Part shown: positions 43,552 through 55,086 of the stretch, one piece after another | Position numbering within the stretch: the stretch's first letter is position 1 | Layout of the letters: the number at the start of each line of letters is the position of its first letter | Assembly (NCBI GenBank): GCA_963707985.1 | Contig: CAVPRW010000007.1 | Location: 1 to 64,000 of the forward strand | DNA length: 64,000 nt | Reading direction: 5' to 3' | Source: an uncultured Nitrospinota bacterium | GTDB taxonomy: Bacteria > Tectomicrobia > Entotheonellia > J063 > CAVPRW01 | Notes under the pieces: model-generated | Told to the model about the DNA's origin: nothing | Seen by the model: the letters and a program-made list of their open reading frames with translations, nothing else | The model's database searches: none | Translations under genes and position numbers: made by a program

Positions 43552-44058
43552 GGACTTCCCTTCCTGGGTGGGAAGATCCTGTGGAGATTCCACGGGAGCA
43601 GTCCCGATTTCCTATTGTATGCCACGTAGCAAATCCCTGTCAACATCTCCACCTCCTCGGGTAGACTCAACCGGAGCATGGATGTATAATCATATCCCCC
43701 AAGAGACCGGGCTCTTTTGTTTTGATCCTCTCCTGGATCTCGTGCACACCCCCCCTCACACCGCGTGGCCACAGCCCGTCCGCTCCGTTAGTTGGCCGCA
43801 GCGGCCTTGTCTAAGCGCTTCTTCCTCTGAGCGATAACTGCCTACCAGCGGGCTCTATCAGAGGCCTGCGGTCGCCGGCCTGTGAGGGAAGAGAGTCCTA
43901 CCGGCATGACAGATGGGCAGAAAGACCCCGTTGAATCATGTTTTTAACTGTTTAAAAATGATGGTAAAGTGATGGTTTGAAACTGCAGAATGCAAAGGGT
44001 GAATGAGAGGGTCGCCGGAAGCGACGCGTCGCTTCCGGCAGGCCTGGGGAAGAGAGGT

Positions 44059-44140
44059 CTAACTCTCGATTTGGCTGTTCATACGAAAACCTTTGCCTTC
44101 GATGATCACGGTCTCGGCATGATGCAGCAGCCGATTCAGC
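44059..44140 (-). mobile_element. istB: IS21-family istB 3' remnant
   Basis: RLLHHAETVIIEGKGFRM matches the IstB C-terminal motif; rest of element absent. Confidence 0.65.
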
Positions 44141-44281
44141 CTTTTTGTGCCGCTTGTGTGGCCACGGGGGCCTAGTGCTCCGCGATAAAGGCCAGTTTCA
44201 GATAGGTCAGAGGCTGATCCAGTCGGACTCTGCTGCACTAGCCCTGTGCCGACGGTGATTGGACCCGTGCCCCCATACCGC

Positions 44282-45193
44282 CTAGAGTTGGCGCCGGGTT
44301 GGGTCGAAGCGGTCGCGCAGCCAGTCACCGACAAGGTTGCTTGCCATCACCAGCAAACTGATGGCCACACCGGGGATCAAGGGCAGCCACCAGGCAGCGT
44401 AGAGATATTTTTGCGATTCGGCCAACATAATCCCCCAGGAGGGCTGCGGCCGCGGAATTCCCAGGCCTAGGAAGCTCAGGGTCGCCTCGGCAATCACCGC
44501 GGAGCCCACGCCCAGGGTGGCTAGGACCAGTAGGGTATTGATCAGATTGGGGAAGATGTGTCTTCCGATAATCCGCCAGCGGCTACACCCGGCGACGATC
44601 GCCAGTTGCACAAAATCCGTGGCGGCGAGGCGGAGGACTTCGCCCCGCAACACCCTAGCATAGTCCATCCAGCGCAACAAGCCTATGACCAGAATCACCA
44701 CCATCAGACTCGGTTTGAGAATCGAGATGACCGTCACGGCGATCATGAGATATGGCAGGGCCAGGAAGGCATCGGTAATCTGCATGAGCACACGGTCGGC
44801 CCAGCCTCTAAACACCGCACTGATCAGGGCCATGGCGGTGCCGACGGCCCCCGCCACAAAGACCGCCAGAAAGCCTACCGTGACAGAGATGCGAGCGCCA
44901 TAGATCAGGCGGCTGAGGATATCCCTGCCCAGATGGTCCGTGCCGAGCAGATGGCCGGTAAGGCTTGGGGCAGAGAGCGCTAGGGTTGGATTCGTCTTAA
45001 TCGGGTCATAAGGCGCCAGCACGGGGGCAAAGAGGGCGCAGATCATGCTGACCGCCAGGACGAGCAGCGAAAAGGTCGGAACACCGTGCACGATGAGGCG
45101 AGACTTGTGAATGCCCAGCGCGATCCGGGCTGATACCGAGGCGCCCTGCCGAGACGTCGCCGCGATGCTGGGAAGACTTCTCGTTGTCGTCAT
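44282..45193 (-). CDS. Peptide/nickel ABC transporter permease (DppC/OppC-like)
   Basis: HLLGTDHLGRDILSRLIYGARIS, AEATLSFLGLG, PSWG. Confidence 0.93.
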   Translation of the reverse strand: MTTTRSLPSIAATSRQGASVSARIALGIHKSRLIVHGVPTFSLLVLAVSMICALFAPVLAPYDPIKTNPTLALSAPSLTGHLLGTDHLGRDILSRLIYGARISVTVGFLAVFVAGAVGTAMALISAVFRGWADRVLMQITDAFLALPYLMIAVTVISILKPSLMVVILVIGLLRWMDYARVLRGEVLRLAATDFVQLAIVAGCSRWRIIGRHIFPNLINTLLVLATLGVGSAVIAEATLSFLGLGIPRPQPSWGIMLAESQKYLYAAWWLPLIPGVAISLLVMASNLVGDWLRDRFDPTRRQL

Positions 45194-45205
45194 CGTCAGC
45201 CCTCT

Positions 45206-46138
45206 CTAGCGCGCTATTCGAATGCGCGGATCGATCCAGGCATACGCCAGATCGACCAGCAGATTGACCACGACGATGACCAGGGCGGCGAAGAACACGA
45301 CGGTTTGGACCACGGCATAATCGCGCGCAAAAATAGCATCCACCAGGAGCCGACCGATCCCGGGCCAAGCAAAGATGGTCTCGGTGACCACGGCGCCAGA
45401 GATGAGATGGGCGAAATTCACGGCGAACAGGGTGAACACCGGGATGGCGGCATTTTTGAGCGCATGTTTCCAGATCACCAACCGCTGCGGCAGACCCTTC
45501 ACCCGGGCCATTTTCACATAATCGGTATCCAGGGAGTCCAACATGCTGGAACGAACGATGCGCATATGGGAAGCCGACAGCAGCCAGCCGAGGGAGATGG
45601 CGGGCATAATTACGCCTGGCCATCCGAGGCGGTCGATGCCGCCGGCGCTCGGGAGCCATCCCAAATACACCGTGAAGAGCAGAATGAGCAATAACCCGAC
45701 CCAGAAGACCGGCATCGACTGGCCAGCGATGGCAAACACCTTGCCAATCCGGTCTACGAGAGAATGGGGCTGGCTGGCTGAAATGACCCCAGCCGGTATG
45801 CCGATGACGATGGAAAACAGGAGCGCCGCCGCCGTCAGCTGCAAGGTGGCCGGCACCCGTTCCAGGACCACCTGTAAGGCTTCACCCTGGGTGCCTCGCA
45901 AGGACTTTCCGAATTCCCCGGTGATGACGCTCTTATGAAACAGTAAGAACTGTTTCCACATCGGCTCATCCAGACCGTAGGCTTGCCGTAGTGACGCCCG
46001 GTCGGCCCACGGCATGTCTGGAGGCGCCAGAAAATCCGCCGGATTACCCGTCATCCGCAGTAGAGCGAAGACCACTAACGTGGTGATCCAGATGGTGATG
46101 CACCCCTCGCCGAAGCGTTTGGCGAGATACCGAGGCAT
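45206..46138 (-). CDS. Peptide/nickel ABC transporter permease (DppB/OppB-like)
   Basis: DYVKMARVKGL, HALKNAAIP, ETIFAWPGIG, DPRIR. Confidence 0.93.
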   Translation of the reverse strand: MPRYLAKRFGEGCITIWITTLVVFALLRMTGNPADFLAPPDMPWADRASLRQAYGLDEPMWKQFLLFHKSVITGEFGKSLRGTQGEALQVVLERVPATLQLTAAALLFSIVIGIPAGVISASQPHSLVDRIGKVFAIAGQSMPVFWVGLLLILLFTVYLGWLPSAGGIDRLGWPGVIMPAISLGWLLSASHMRIVRSSMLDSLDTDYVKMARVKGLPQRLVIWKHALKNAAIPVFTLFAVNFAHLISGAVVTETIFAWPGIGRLLVDAIFARDYAVVQTVVFFAALVIVVVNLLVDLAYAWIDPRIRIAR

Positions 46139-46154
46139 GGCAAGACTCCTCGTC

Positions 46155-47908
46155 TTACTTCCTGAGCACAATGCGATTGAGGTCGGTGAAATGTGCCCCG
46201 TACTCGGGGATGGGGTGGGCCAGGACGCGATCGGTATAACCATAGACAGCGCTGGCGTCGTACAACGGGATCACCCAATGGTTACGCAACACCTCATCCT
46301 CGATCTCCGCCATTAAGCGAAGCCGCGTGGCCTCGTCGAGGGTCCGCGTCAGCTCTCTTGTGAGCGCATCAGTCTCATCGTTGTAGACGGCTCTGCCCCC
46401 GCCGGACGAGGCCGATTGCTCGGCGATGTATTCTCCGGCTTCCTGGCGCCCCCAGGTCACCAAGGTCATCGGACGATAGGCCCGGTCCGGCCGGTTGAGG
46501 CGAGTGTAAAACTCCGTGGGATCATGTTGGACGATCTTGAGGTCGACGCCAATATCTTTCCAGTAGCTGGCAATCGCCTCAAGCGCTTCGGGCTGTCCGG
46601 GCCTGCCCGTAAAAACGCCAAAGTGGATGGTAGTGGAGAAGCCGTTCGGATAACCTGCCTCCGCCAGCAACGCCTTGGCGCGTGTGGGATCGTAGGGTGA
46701 GATCTTCTCGGCCTGCTCTTTGCGCCAGCCGAACGACCCCATACTATAGATGGACTGGTTGAGCGACGTAAACCCGTAATGAAAATTCTCGACAATGGCG
46801 CGCTTATCGATGGCCAGCTCTAGGGCCTCGCGGACTTTCGGTTTGAGCGTAGGGTCATCTTGCAAGGCTTCCCAGCCTGGCAGCTTCTCCTTGATGATGA
46901 ACTCGGCGTCGAAGGTAATCTGCATCTTCCCGTTCGCTAGATGAGTCTGGGTCCAGATCGGTCCCTTGTGGGGATTGACACCACGCGTGATTGACTCCGA
47001 GCGGGGCAAGTCTTTGGCGATGGCATACGGGATATTGACCACCATATCTGCTTGCTTGCCCCGCAGCAGGGCGAAACGTGCTGCGTCATCAGGCACCTGG
47101 AGCCATTCCATCAGGCGGTGTTGGGGTTTCTGCCAATAGGTATAATCGCCCCAGAAGTCCTCCCAACGCTCCCAGACGATGCGCTCACCAGGCTTGAAGG
47201 TCCTGAGCTGGTAGGGCCCGCCCCCTAGGGGCTTTTTGATATAGCCCTCATGCCCTACCTTCTTGAGATAGGCACTGGGTCCGAACCAAACTTGGTGGTA
47301 ATTGGCGCCGCTGACCAGCGAGAAGAAACTTGGATCCGGCATCTCTGTCTTGATCAACACATGGTGCGGATCGATGATCTGTACCTCCTGCACCACCCGC
47401 GTGAATTGCCCGATTCTGGGTGTCCCTTTGAAGTCGGGTGCGTACTTTCCCATCAAGGCTTCGACGTTAGCCTTGAAGTCTTCGGCGGTGGCCGGTGTAC
47501 CATCCTGCCATCTAGCCTTCGGATTGAGGGTAAAGTAAATCCCTTCATTGGCCTGCCGCCATTCGGTAGCCCACAGTGGCACCACCTGCATTTGCTCATT
47601 ACGATGCAGGAGCCGTAAGTTCAAGTAGCTTTGGAGCATCCCGGTACCGATGTATTGCCAGGGGTCGATGACGTCTCCCCCCACCCGTCGAAGGCAACAG
47701 TCAGCTGTTCGACTGTTGCCGGAACGCCATCCACACCAGCTTGAGGCAAGGTTCCCTGGTTTGCTATCGCTGCCACGGCAGGAGACACGGGTAGAAACCC
47801 TACGTGTGGTCTCTGAGTGTACACGGACGCGCACATAGCGCCCAGGAGGATTACGAATAACAGGAGGCTCATCAGCCCTCTGGCTCGAAGTCTACGGTGG
47901 TGGAGCAT
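46155..47908 (-). CDS. Family-5 ABC solute-binding protein (frameshift near 47680)
   Basis: Signal peptide after GGAGGAG at 47908 in one frame; WQDGTPATAED, GGGPY, VREALELAIDK, AKALLAEAGYPNG in ORF 46155..47834. Confidence 0.85.
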
Positions 47909-48568
47909 ACTCCTCCCTTGTCTCGGCTTTGGTGGCAGTCTCCGACCTTTATGGATGGCCTCGTGCCGCCAGTTTCGAGGCCGACGGTCGAAGGCGGAAG
48001 CGCGAAGTGCCGAGGGCTTTGCTACGGTCCTCGAATTGTAGCAGTGTCCATCTAGCGCGAGATCGAAGGCTGTGTGAGGGAACAGCATATCTGATGCCAT
48101 CAAGCAGTGATATAATTCGCAGTCGCCTAAGTCGTTGAGATATAGAACGAAGATGGCGTGGGATGAGGTCAAGCGCCGATTCGAGGGCTGTAGGATGTTC
48201 TGCCAAGCTGTTGTCCACCCAACAGCCTGGCAGCAGGCTGCTGCTCCAGCAGCAGCACCGGTACCGAATCGCTCTCAGGTCGCGCGATTCACCGCAAACA
48301 GTGGGGCATGGTGGCTCAGTATAACTGGCGTCAGCCGTGGGAGGACGGATCTTCCTCGCTACCTATGTGATTTTTGACTGTCTAAAGCTGGCCACGGTGG
48401 TCAGCACTGCGCAGCACGCGCATTAGTTGACAGCTCAGCCTTTTAGAAACTTCACGGGCAACTGTTGCGCCTCTGCTGGCCAATCTTGCACAGCCATTGC
48501 CTACAACCATGCTGATCGTGGTCGCGAATTTGCCCGCATCAGTGCCAGTTGTCGGCTTCTGGTGGAGT

Positions 48569-48583
48569 TGGCATGGCCCTTGC
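48569..48583 (+). promoter_or_regulatory. Putative sigma54 promoter
   Basis: TGGCATGGCCCTTGC fits GG-N10-GC (-24/-12), about 70 bp upstream of ATG 48654. Confidence 0.55.
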
Positions 48584-48653
48584 CCCTAGAGAGCTGGCAA
48601 TCAGGATCTTCCCATACCAAGAAGGCAGCAGAAGGGGAGGAGGTGGATGCGCC

Positions 48654-49541
48654 ATGGAAGTGCTCTGGCTTGGCCACGCAGACTGCCACGACGTCAATAC
48701 GGCCGGTGCCAAGGCGGCGCACCTCAGCCGCTTGGCCTCCCGCTGTCGCATCCCTCCTGGATTCTGCATCGCTGCCCAGGCATATTCCCAGTGGCCAGAG
48801 GGGATCGACAGTACGTTTCCAGCTTCGGCCACCCCGTCGATGCCGTTCGCTCCCTCCGAGGCGTTGGCGTCTGCCTATCGACACTTGGGCGAGCTCTGCG
48901 GCATTGCCGACCCCAGTGTGGCGGTGAGGTCATCAGCAATCGACGAGGATAGTGCCACCCTCTCCTTCGCCGGTCAGCACGAAACCTACCTGAATATCGT
49001 CGGAGCACACGCCGTGGCAGAGGCGGTGGTCCGATGTTGGGCCTCTATTCGAACGGCGCGAGCCTTGGCCTACCGCCAACGGCAGGGATCATCCATTATA
49101 GGAGCCCGTCTCGCTGTACTGGTGCAGCAGCTTGTCCCAGCGGACGCGTCCGCGGTGGTGTTCAGCGCCAACCCCGTGACTGGTTGTGACGATGAGGTGA
49201 TGATCAACGCCAGTTGGGGCCTGGGAGAGAGCCTCGTCAGTGGCACCGTAACGCCGGATACCTTTATCGTACGCAAATCAGACCTGGCCATCGACTGCCA
49301 CGACATTGCTGAAAAACGCCGCATGACCGTGCGTGCGCAACATGGTACATACGAGGTGCCAGTGCCGCGCAAGCACCAGAAAATCCCCAGCATAGATGAT
49401 GCCCAGGTGATGGAGCTGACTCGTCTCAGCATGGCCCTGGAGACGGCGATGGGCTGGCCCGTGGATATCGAGTGTGCGTACCAAGGGCGAGACTTGTACC
49501 TGCTCCAATGCCGGCCGATTACCGCGCTGGTCGCCCGGTGA
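48654..49541 (+). CDS. PEP/pyruvate-binding (ATP-grasp) domain protein, PEP synthase/PPDK N-terminal family
   Basis: [50 protein letters not shown]. Confidence 0.9.
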   Translation: MEVLWLGHADCHDVNTAGAKAAHLSRLASRCRIPPGFCIAAQAYSQWPEGIDSTFPASATPSMPFAPSEALASAYRHLGELCGIADPSVAVRSSAIDEDSATLSFAGQHETYLNIVGAHAVAEAVVRCWASIRTARALAYRQRQGSSIIGARLAVLVQQLVPADASAVVFSANPVTGCDDEVMINASWGLGESLVSGTVTPDTFIVRKSDLAIDCHDIAEKRRMTVRAQHGTYEVPVPRKHQKIPSIDDAQVMELTRLSMALETAMGWPVDIECAYQGRDLYLLQCRPITALVAR

Positions 49542-49720
49542 TCCTGACGGCGGTGGTTTCTGATACCGGTGGCGTCCTCAGTCACTGCGCCATCGTTTCC
49601 CGAGAGTATCGCATCCCATGCGTGGTGGGGACGGTTGTAGGGACCTCGGTTCTCAAGGACGGCATGTTGTTGACAGTTGATGGCTCCCGAGGGATTGTGC
49701 GTATTGACGCACGAATCTAG
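49538..49720 (+). pseudogene. PEP-utilising mobile phosphohistidine domain, C-terminal fragment
   Basis: [27 protein letters not shown]...VDGSRGIV; only about 60 aa. Confidence 0.7.
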
Positions 49721-49983
49721 GGGGAACACGAACCGCGACACGACATCCGCAGGGCGACTATCTTTCGTAGAACCATTAGCGTTATCGAAGCTGGCGCTGG
49801 ATAGCCTGCGTGCCCCACTGCCATGTCGAGGCACCAGTTGCCCACCTTGGCAGTGGCGCGTTATTATATAGTGGTAGCCGACCCGAGCGGCTACGCCTTC
49901 CATGTGGGTTGATGCGTGACCGCAGTGGCGTAGATCCGGGTAGATGCATGATGGCTACGGATACCCTCAAGGGAGGAGTATGC

Positions 49984-51345
49984 ATGGCGCCTCACATCGG
50001 TCAACAGGCGGTCGTCATCGGCGGGAGCATGGCGGGGCTGATGACGGCACGGGTGCTCGCCGATCACTTCGACACCGTCACCGTGCTCGAACGGGACCAT
50101 GTCGATGATCGACCCGCGCTGCGTCAATCGATCCCGCAGGGCTCCCATCTCCATGGGTTGCTGTTGGGTGGACAGCAGGTTATGGCATCGTTGTACCCTG
50201 GTTTCCTCAAGGAGTTAGAAGCGCTGGGTGCGGCACGCTGTCGATCCGGCACGGAGGTGGCCTTCTACCTCCCAACGGGGAAGGCGTTTTCGATGACGGG
50301 CACGGTGCAAGAGCCACGCGATCTGGGATTTGATATCACCTGTCAGAGTCGTGGGCTCCTGGAACACTGCGTGCGCCACGGCACCCTGCAGCATAACAAC
50401 ATCGCATTTGCCGGGGAGAGCACCGTGCATGGGCTGATGTACGCCGACGGGCGCGTCCGTGGTGTGCACTACAATCAGGCTGGCGACACCCGGTGCCTTG
50501 CTGCTGACCTCGTGGTCGACGCTGGTGGACGGCGATCGCAAACGCCTCGCTGGCTCACGGCGCTCGGTTTCCAATCTCCGGAGGTGACGACGATCGGGGT
50601 GGATATCGCCTATGCCAGCACCAAGTTCCGTGTACCGGAGACCTACGATGAGCCGGAGTCGCTGTTGGTGTTTATTGGCCCCCCACCGGATTTTCCCGAT
50701 GGGGCCATTTTGGAGATCATCGAGCAGCGCACCTGGCATGTGACCTTGATGGGCCGCTTCGGGAACTATCCCCCGCACGACGCCGCGGGCTTTTTAGCCT
50801 TTGCCAAGGGCCTCCATACTCCCAAGCTGCACGACCTCATCAAAGACGCGGAGCGGGTGGCTGACATCACCACTTACCGATTTCCCACCAGCCTGCGGCA
50901 TCATTACGAACGGCTGACGACCTTTTCCGATGGCCTGGTGGTCTTGGGGGACGCCATTAGCAGCGTCAATCCATTCTATGGCCAGGGGATGAGCGCGGCC
51001 GCACTGCAGGTCCAGGCGTTACAGCAGATTTTGTCGGAGCGAGCAGCTGGAGCGCGAGGACTTGACGGTATGGCAGGTGACTTTTTTCCGAAGGCGGCGG
51101 TGATCGTTGAGAGGCCGTGGACCCTGGCGGCCCTGCGGGATTTTGCCTATCCGGGGACGCGTGGGGAACGCCCCACTGACCTGGAAGAACAGGCTCAGTA
51201 TTTCGCCGATGTGGATGCCCTCACGGCAGAGGACATTGAGGTCCAACGGCTGGTGACCGAAGTGTTCAATCTGGCCAAACCGCTTTCGTCCCTGCAGGAA
51301 GAGCCCTTGCGGAGCCGCGTAGAGGCCTACAGAAGACGTCACTAG
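49984..51345 (+). CDS. FAD-dependent oxidoreductase/monooxygenase
   Basis: VIGGSMAGL Rossmann motif, LVVDAGGR, LGDAISSVNPFYGQGM. Confidence 0.9.
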   Translation: MAPHIGQQAVVIGGSMAGLMTARVLADHFDTVTVLERDHVDDRPALRQSIPQGSHLHGLLLGGQQVMASLYPGFLKELEALGAARCRSGTEVAFYLPTGKAFSMTGTVQEPRDLGFDITCQSRGLLEHCVRHGTLQHNNIAFAGESTVHGLMYADGRVRGVHYNQAGDTRCLAADLVVDAGGRRSQTPRWLTALGFQSPEVTTIGVDIAYASTKFRVPETYDEPESLLVFIGPPPDFPDGAILEIIEQRTWHVTLMGRFGNYPPHDAAGFLAFAKGLHTPKLHDLIKDAERVADITTYRFPTSLRHHYERLTTFSDGLVVLGDAISSVNPFYGQGMSAAALQVQALQQILSERAAGARGLDGMAGDFFPKAAVIVERPWTLAALRDFAYPGTRGERPTDLEEQAQYFADVDALTAEDIEVQRLVTEVFNLAKPLSSLQEEPLRSRVEAYRRRH

Positions 51346-51531
51346 GGAAGTCTGTGGCAGCTTGCACGGAAGGCTGGAGAACAACCGCACGGCATTAGCG
51401 CACGTACCAGGCAGTGGGTCGGCCGGTCCCGGACTCTCTCCTACTTGTCTCGAGCTGCTCGGCAGCCGCAACACGTGATCTGGTATGGATAACGCTGTGC
51501 ATCTCGGTCTGGCCTTGGGAGATCTCAGACG

Positions 51532-51873
51532 ATGAGGCGCATGCTCGTGCTGGCTATCGTATCGTCGGTCATGGTCCTGGGTGGGACCATCGGGAGCGTG
51601 CTGGCGCAAGATTGCCATGGCCGGCTCATCGTCATCGGTGCAAGCCCCTGGGAGGTCATAGAGCGCTGTGGAGAGCCAACTGCAGTTGAAGACGTCATGG
51701 AATACATCCCACAACGCACCTTCGACCCCACCAGCAAGACCCCCATATATATCCTTGTACCCGTGCAGCAGAGCATCTGGACCTACAATTTTGGGTCGAC
51801 ACGCTTGCTGTATTATCTGACCTTCCAGCAGGGAAAATTGATCGGCATCAAGACGGGGGACTATGGAGGCTAG
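51532..51873 (+). CDS. DUF2845-like secreted protein
   Basis: Signal peptide; RCGEP...WTYNFG...F..GKL..I.TGDYG. Confidence 0.75.
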   Translation: MRRMLVLAIVSSVMVLGGTIGSVLAQDCHGRLIVIGASPWEVIERCGEPTAVEDVMEYIPQRTFDPTSKTPIYILVPVQQSIWTYNFGSTRLLYYLTFQQGKLIGIKTGDYGG

Positions 51874-52133
51874 ACTGCTCAGCAGCAACGGGGGGGTGAA
51901 CTGGAGATATATCAGGCATTTGGCGGTGGTGGCTGCGGAAGGCCGCATCACCATCATCGGGTGCATCCAGAAGCTAAGGGGGCGGCGCCGCGGGCCAGCG
52001 TCCTCTTCAGAAAGGTGCCGCTGGGAGCGCCAGCGGCGTGTAGACGTGGAGATCGAGATGGTATTGGGCCGCTCAGCGGTCTATGGTCATGCGCACTCCC
52101 GCCTGGCAAGCGCCCATCCCACACCCCCTCAGC

Positions 52134-53303
52134 TCATGGCATCGTGGTACCGAGCAACCGATGCCGGATCGCGACCGTCTGGGCCAAATCGATAGCGGTC
52201 CAGGCCATGGCCAAGGCGCCATGCATGAGCGCCTGGTCCGCCGCCGGGGTAACGCAGTGCGCGGCGAACTCTGGCTGGTGGTTCGTGGCGGGTAACGAGT
52301 CGATGCCGATCATCGGATGGATAGACGGCAGGGCAAGCGATACATTGCCCATGTCGGTCGAGCCACCAGGACGTGACGGTGCCGCAGGATCTGGGAAAAC
52401 ACGCCCCAAGGCCTCGGCATTACGACGATACGCCGCAGCGATGTCAGGATCGTGGCGCAACTGCGCATAGGGGTGGCGCTGCCCAGCAATCTCCAAGGTG
52501 GCGCCAGTCGCGACTGCCCCAGCCTCGAAGCAGCGAAGTACCTTCGTCCGGATCTCATCCAGGTCGTCGACCGTCTGGGCGCGCACGGCGTACTTGGCGG
52601 CCGTGTGGGCCGGGATGATGTTGGGGGCGTCTCCTCCCTTGGTGATGATGCCATGGATCCGATCCGTAGCACGAATGTGCTGGCGTAGCAAACCAAGAGC
52701 TACCTGGGCGATGGTCAAGGCATCCGCGGCGTTAATCCCACGCTCAGGAAAGGCAGCAGCGTGGGCCTCTTTGCCAGTATAGCGCACTTCGAAATAGGAA
52801 TTGGCGAGAGATACCGGGGTGACGTTATCCGTTGGGCTCGGATGCACCATCATGGCGGCATGCATCTCGGCAAACGCTCCACGCTCGAGTAATAGAATTT
52901 TCCCACCACCACCCATTTCTTCAGCAGGTGTACCGATGATGTGCACGGTCAAACCTACGTCATCGGCCACCTCCGCTGCAGCGATCCCGGCACCAGCAGA
53001 CATAGCGGCGATGATGTTGTGCCCACAGGCGTGCCCGATACCGGGAAGGCTGTCATACTCGGCACAGATGGCTAGGTGCAGTGGACCGCTACCAGAGCTT
53101 GCCATGAAGGCGGTGGGGAGATCGCAGATACCTCGTGTGACGGTAAAGCCCGCATCCGTTAATGTCTCTGCCAGCCAGGTCGAGGCCCGTTCCTCCTCAA
53201 AGCCAACCTCTGGGTGTGCATGAATGCGGTGGCTCAAGGCGATCAGATGGGAGCGCCCGGCATCCAAGCGAGTGCGTGCGGCGATTTTTGGCTCCATGAT
53301 CAT
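52134..53303 (-). CDS. M20 family amidohydrolase
   Basis: IHAHPEVGFEE, AEYDSLPGIGHACGHN, GTPAEE, GSTDMGNVS. Confidence 0.92.
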   Translation of the reverse strand: MIMEPKIAARTRLDAGRSHLIALSHRIHAHPEVGFEEERASTWLAETLTDAGFTVTRGICDLPTAFMASSGSGPLHLAICAEYDSLPGIGHACGHNIIAAMSAGAGIAAAEVADDVGLTVHIIGTPAEEMGGGGKILLLERGAFAEMHAAMMVHPSPTDNVTPVSLANSYFEVRYTGKEAHAAAFPERGINAADALTIAQVALGLLRQHIRATDRIHGIITKGGDAPNIIPAHTAAKYAVRAQTVDDLDEIRTKVLRCFEAGAVATGATLEIAGQRHPYAQLRHDPDIAAAYRRNAEALGRVFPDPAAPSRPGGSTDMGNVSLALPSIHPMIGIDSLPATNHQPEFAAHCVTPAADQALMHGALAMAWTAIDLAQTVAIRHRLLGTTMP

Positions 53304-53917
53304 GCTCCTCTTGGTTGTGCATCCTTTCGGAAGAGTTTCCACTTCTTAGATTCATAGCCGGGGCTGATCTCGATGGCTGGGAAGATGTCCGGCCCTACCT
53401 CGTAGCGACGTTGGCGCGTGAGACACGGGCGATCGGTGAAACGTGAGCCATATCACGTCTCCTTCCGTGCGCCTCACTGGGCCTATACCACGTGGAACAT
53501 CGTGAGTATCATACCCCATTTGGGAGTCGTCTTCCGTGAGAATTTCGGCGTTGTGGCTTATGGCCGGTCCGATGTTAAATCATGCCAACCATAGCAGTCC
53601 GACACTGCTCGTCAGCGGAAATCGATTCAAGCCAATCGACTTCACACCCCACCGGTGTCGAGGGTGTCAACTCATCAGCTATACGCGACCACCCTACCAA
53701 TCGTCCGGCATCTCGAGCACTCACGATAGGCATGGATAGCTCTAGCCGGGGTGCGCATTTCTACCCACGCCTGCATAATGCCAACCAGTTGATCGCTGCA
53801 GCTCTGGCTAGAGCTCATCTCGCGCGCCAGGTGAAGTGTGGTTACAAGCGGTCAAACAGCGTGTTTGGCGGACACTTGATGGGGGCAGAAGCCATAGCTG
53901 CTTTCGCATCGCAAATA

Positions 53918-53933
53918 TGGCATGTTATTTGCT
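53918..53933 (+). promoter_or_regulatory. Putative sigma54 promoter
   Basis: TGGCATGTTATTTGCT, near-perfect -24/-12 consensus. Confidence 0.7.
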
Positions 53934-54001
53934 TACAAGTTGGGGTAATGACTGACATGCAGCACGATAGCCAACAACCCACAGGACAGGAGATCATTCC
54001 C

Positions 54002-54184
54002 ATGGCAACATCCCATGATGTGACATTGCTTGATGTCATTCAGGCGGTAAGCGAAGTTGCGGAGAACGATCGGGAGGTTATCGCCACGTTGGTACATCTG
54101 ATCAGCAGTGGCCAGGTGCGGCTCCGCGACGAAACGATCAAAGCGATACGGCATTTGGCATCCACCGTGACTGCGGCCGCGTAA
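54002..54184 (+). CDS. Small hypothetical protein (60 aa)
   Basis: RBS CAGGAG; amphipathic helices TLLDVIQAVSEV...VIATLVHLISSGQVRL. Confidence 0.65.
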   Translation: MATSHDVTLLDVIQAVSEVAENDREVIATLVHLISSGQVRLRDETIKAIRHLASTVTAAA

Positions 54185-54321
54185 GGCACCGAAGAGGCAC
54201 ACACGTAGTGCTCCTGGGGTGTTGCCCATGATGAAGCCTGGCTCTGATGAGGCACATCGCAGCAGCGGGCCTGCCATGTTTCAGGGCAACTAGAGAGGAG
54301 TTGCTCGAATTGATGGCGAGG

Positions 54322-55086
54322 CTATTGGGGGTTTGGTTGCAACCTGTTCAGCGCCTCTTCGGCTGCCTTCCTGACGTCTTCATTTTCATCGCGTAAGGCC
54401 AGTTGCAGCCCTTGAATGGCCTGCTCCCCCCCAATCTCCGCCAAGGCTTCGACGGCAGTCTCGCGAATCCATGGCTCCTTATCCTGAAGGGCTTGCCTCA
54501 GTGCCACGATGGCCTGATCCCCTCCAGTCGTCGCCAAGCCAACCAAGGCCAGCGCGCGCGTCTCATCATCTTCAGCTTCAAGCAGCTCGCCCACCGAGGT
54601 ATCAGAGTTCGGCTCCAGCGCTTGAGGAGATGGATTCCCTGGGAAATTGTCTGCTCGTGGACGCGCCGGGGTCGGCTCTGCGACACGACCCGGGCCGGAG
54701 GATGGGCGTCCGGGGACAGAACCATCGTTCTTTAATGGAAAGACAAAAACCTTGGCCAATCGGGGCTGTTCTCCTGAAGAATCGTAGACAAATGCCCAAC
54801 TGGCAGGGGTAAGAGCCTTCTTTAACACTTCTTCCCAGGGTTTACCCTCGATCTCCATAGAGCGTCGCTCTTCCAGCGGACCACCAACAATGAGCTCAAA
54901 GTTGAGTTGTTTGGCCAACCCTTCGAGGATGCGTCGCTGTGAGATGTCTTGTGCTTTCAGAGTCACCATACCTGCCTCTGCATGGATGATGAATTCTGCC
55001 GGCTTCCCTCGACCTGGACCTGCCACAGCCATGGGCGAGAGAACAAGAAACCCGAACACAAGAAAATAGCCCAGAAGGTGGGTCAT
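54322..55086 (-). CDS. Secreted protein with STN/secretin-N-like domain and HEAT repeats
   Basis: Signal peptide; VTLKAQDISQRRILEGLAK; ALQDKEPWIRETAVEALAEIG repeats. Confidence 0.75.
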   Translation of the reverse strand: MTHLLGYFLVFGFLVLSPMAVAGPGRGKPAEFIIHAEAGMVTLKAQDISQRRILEGLAKQLNFELIVGGPLEERRSMEIEGKPWEEVLKKALTPASWAFVYDSSGEQPRLAKVFVFPLKNDGSVPGRPSSGPGRVAEPTPARPRADNFPGNPSPQALEPNSDTSVGELLEAEDDETRALALVGLATTGGDQAIVALRQALQDKEPWIRETAVEALAEIGGEQAIQGLQLALRDENEDVRKAAEEALNRLQPNPQ

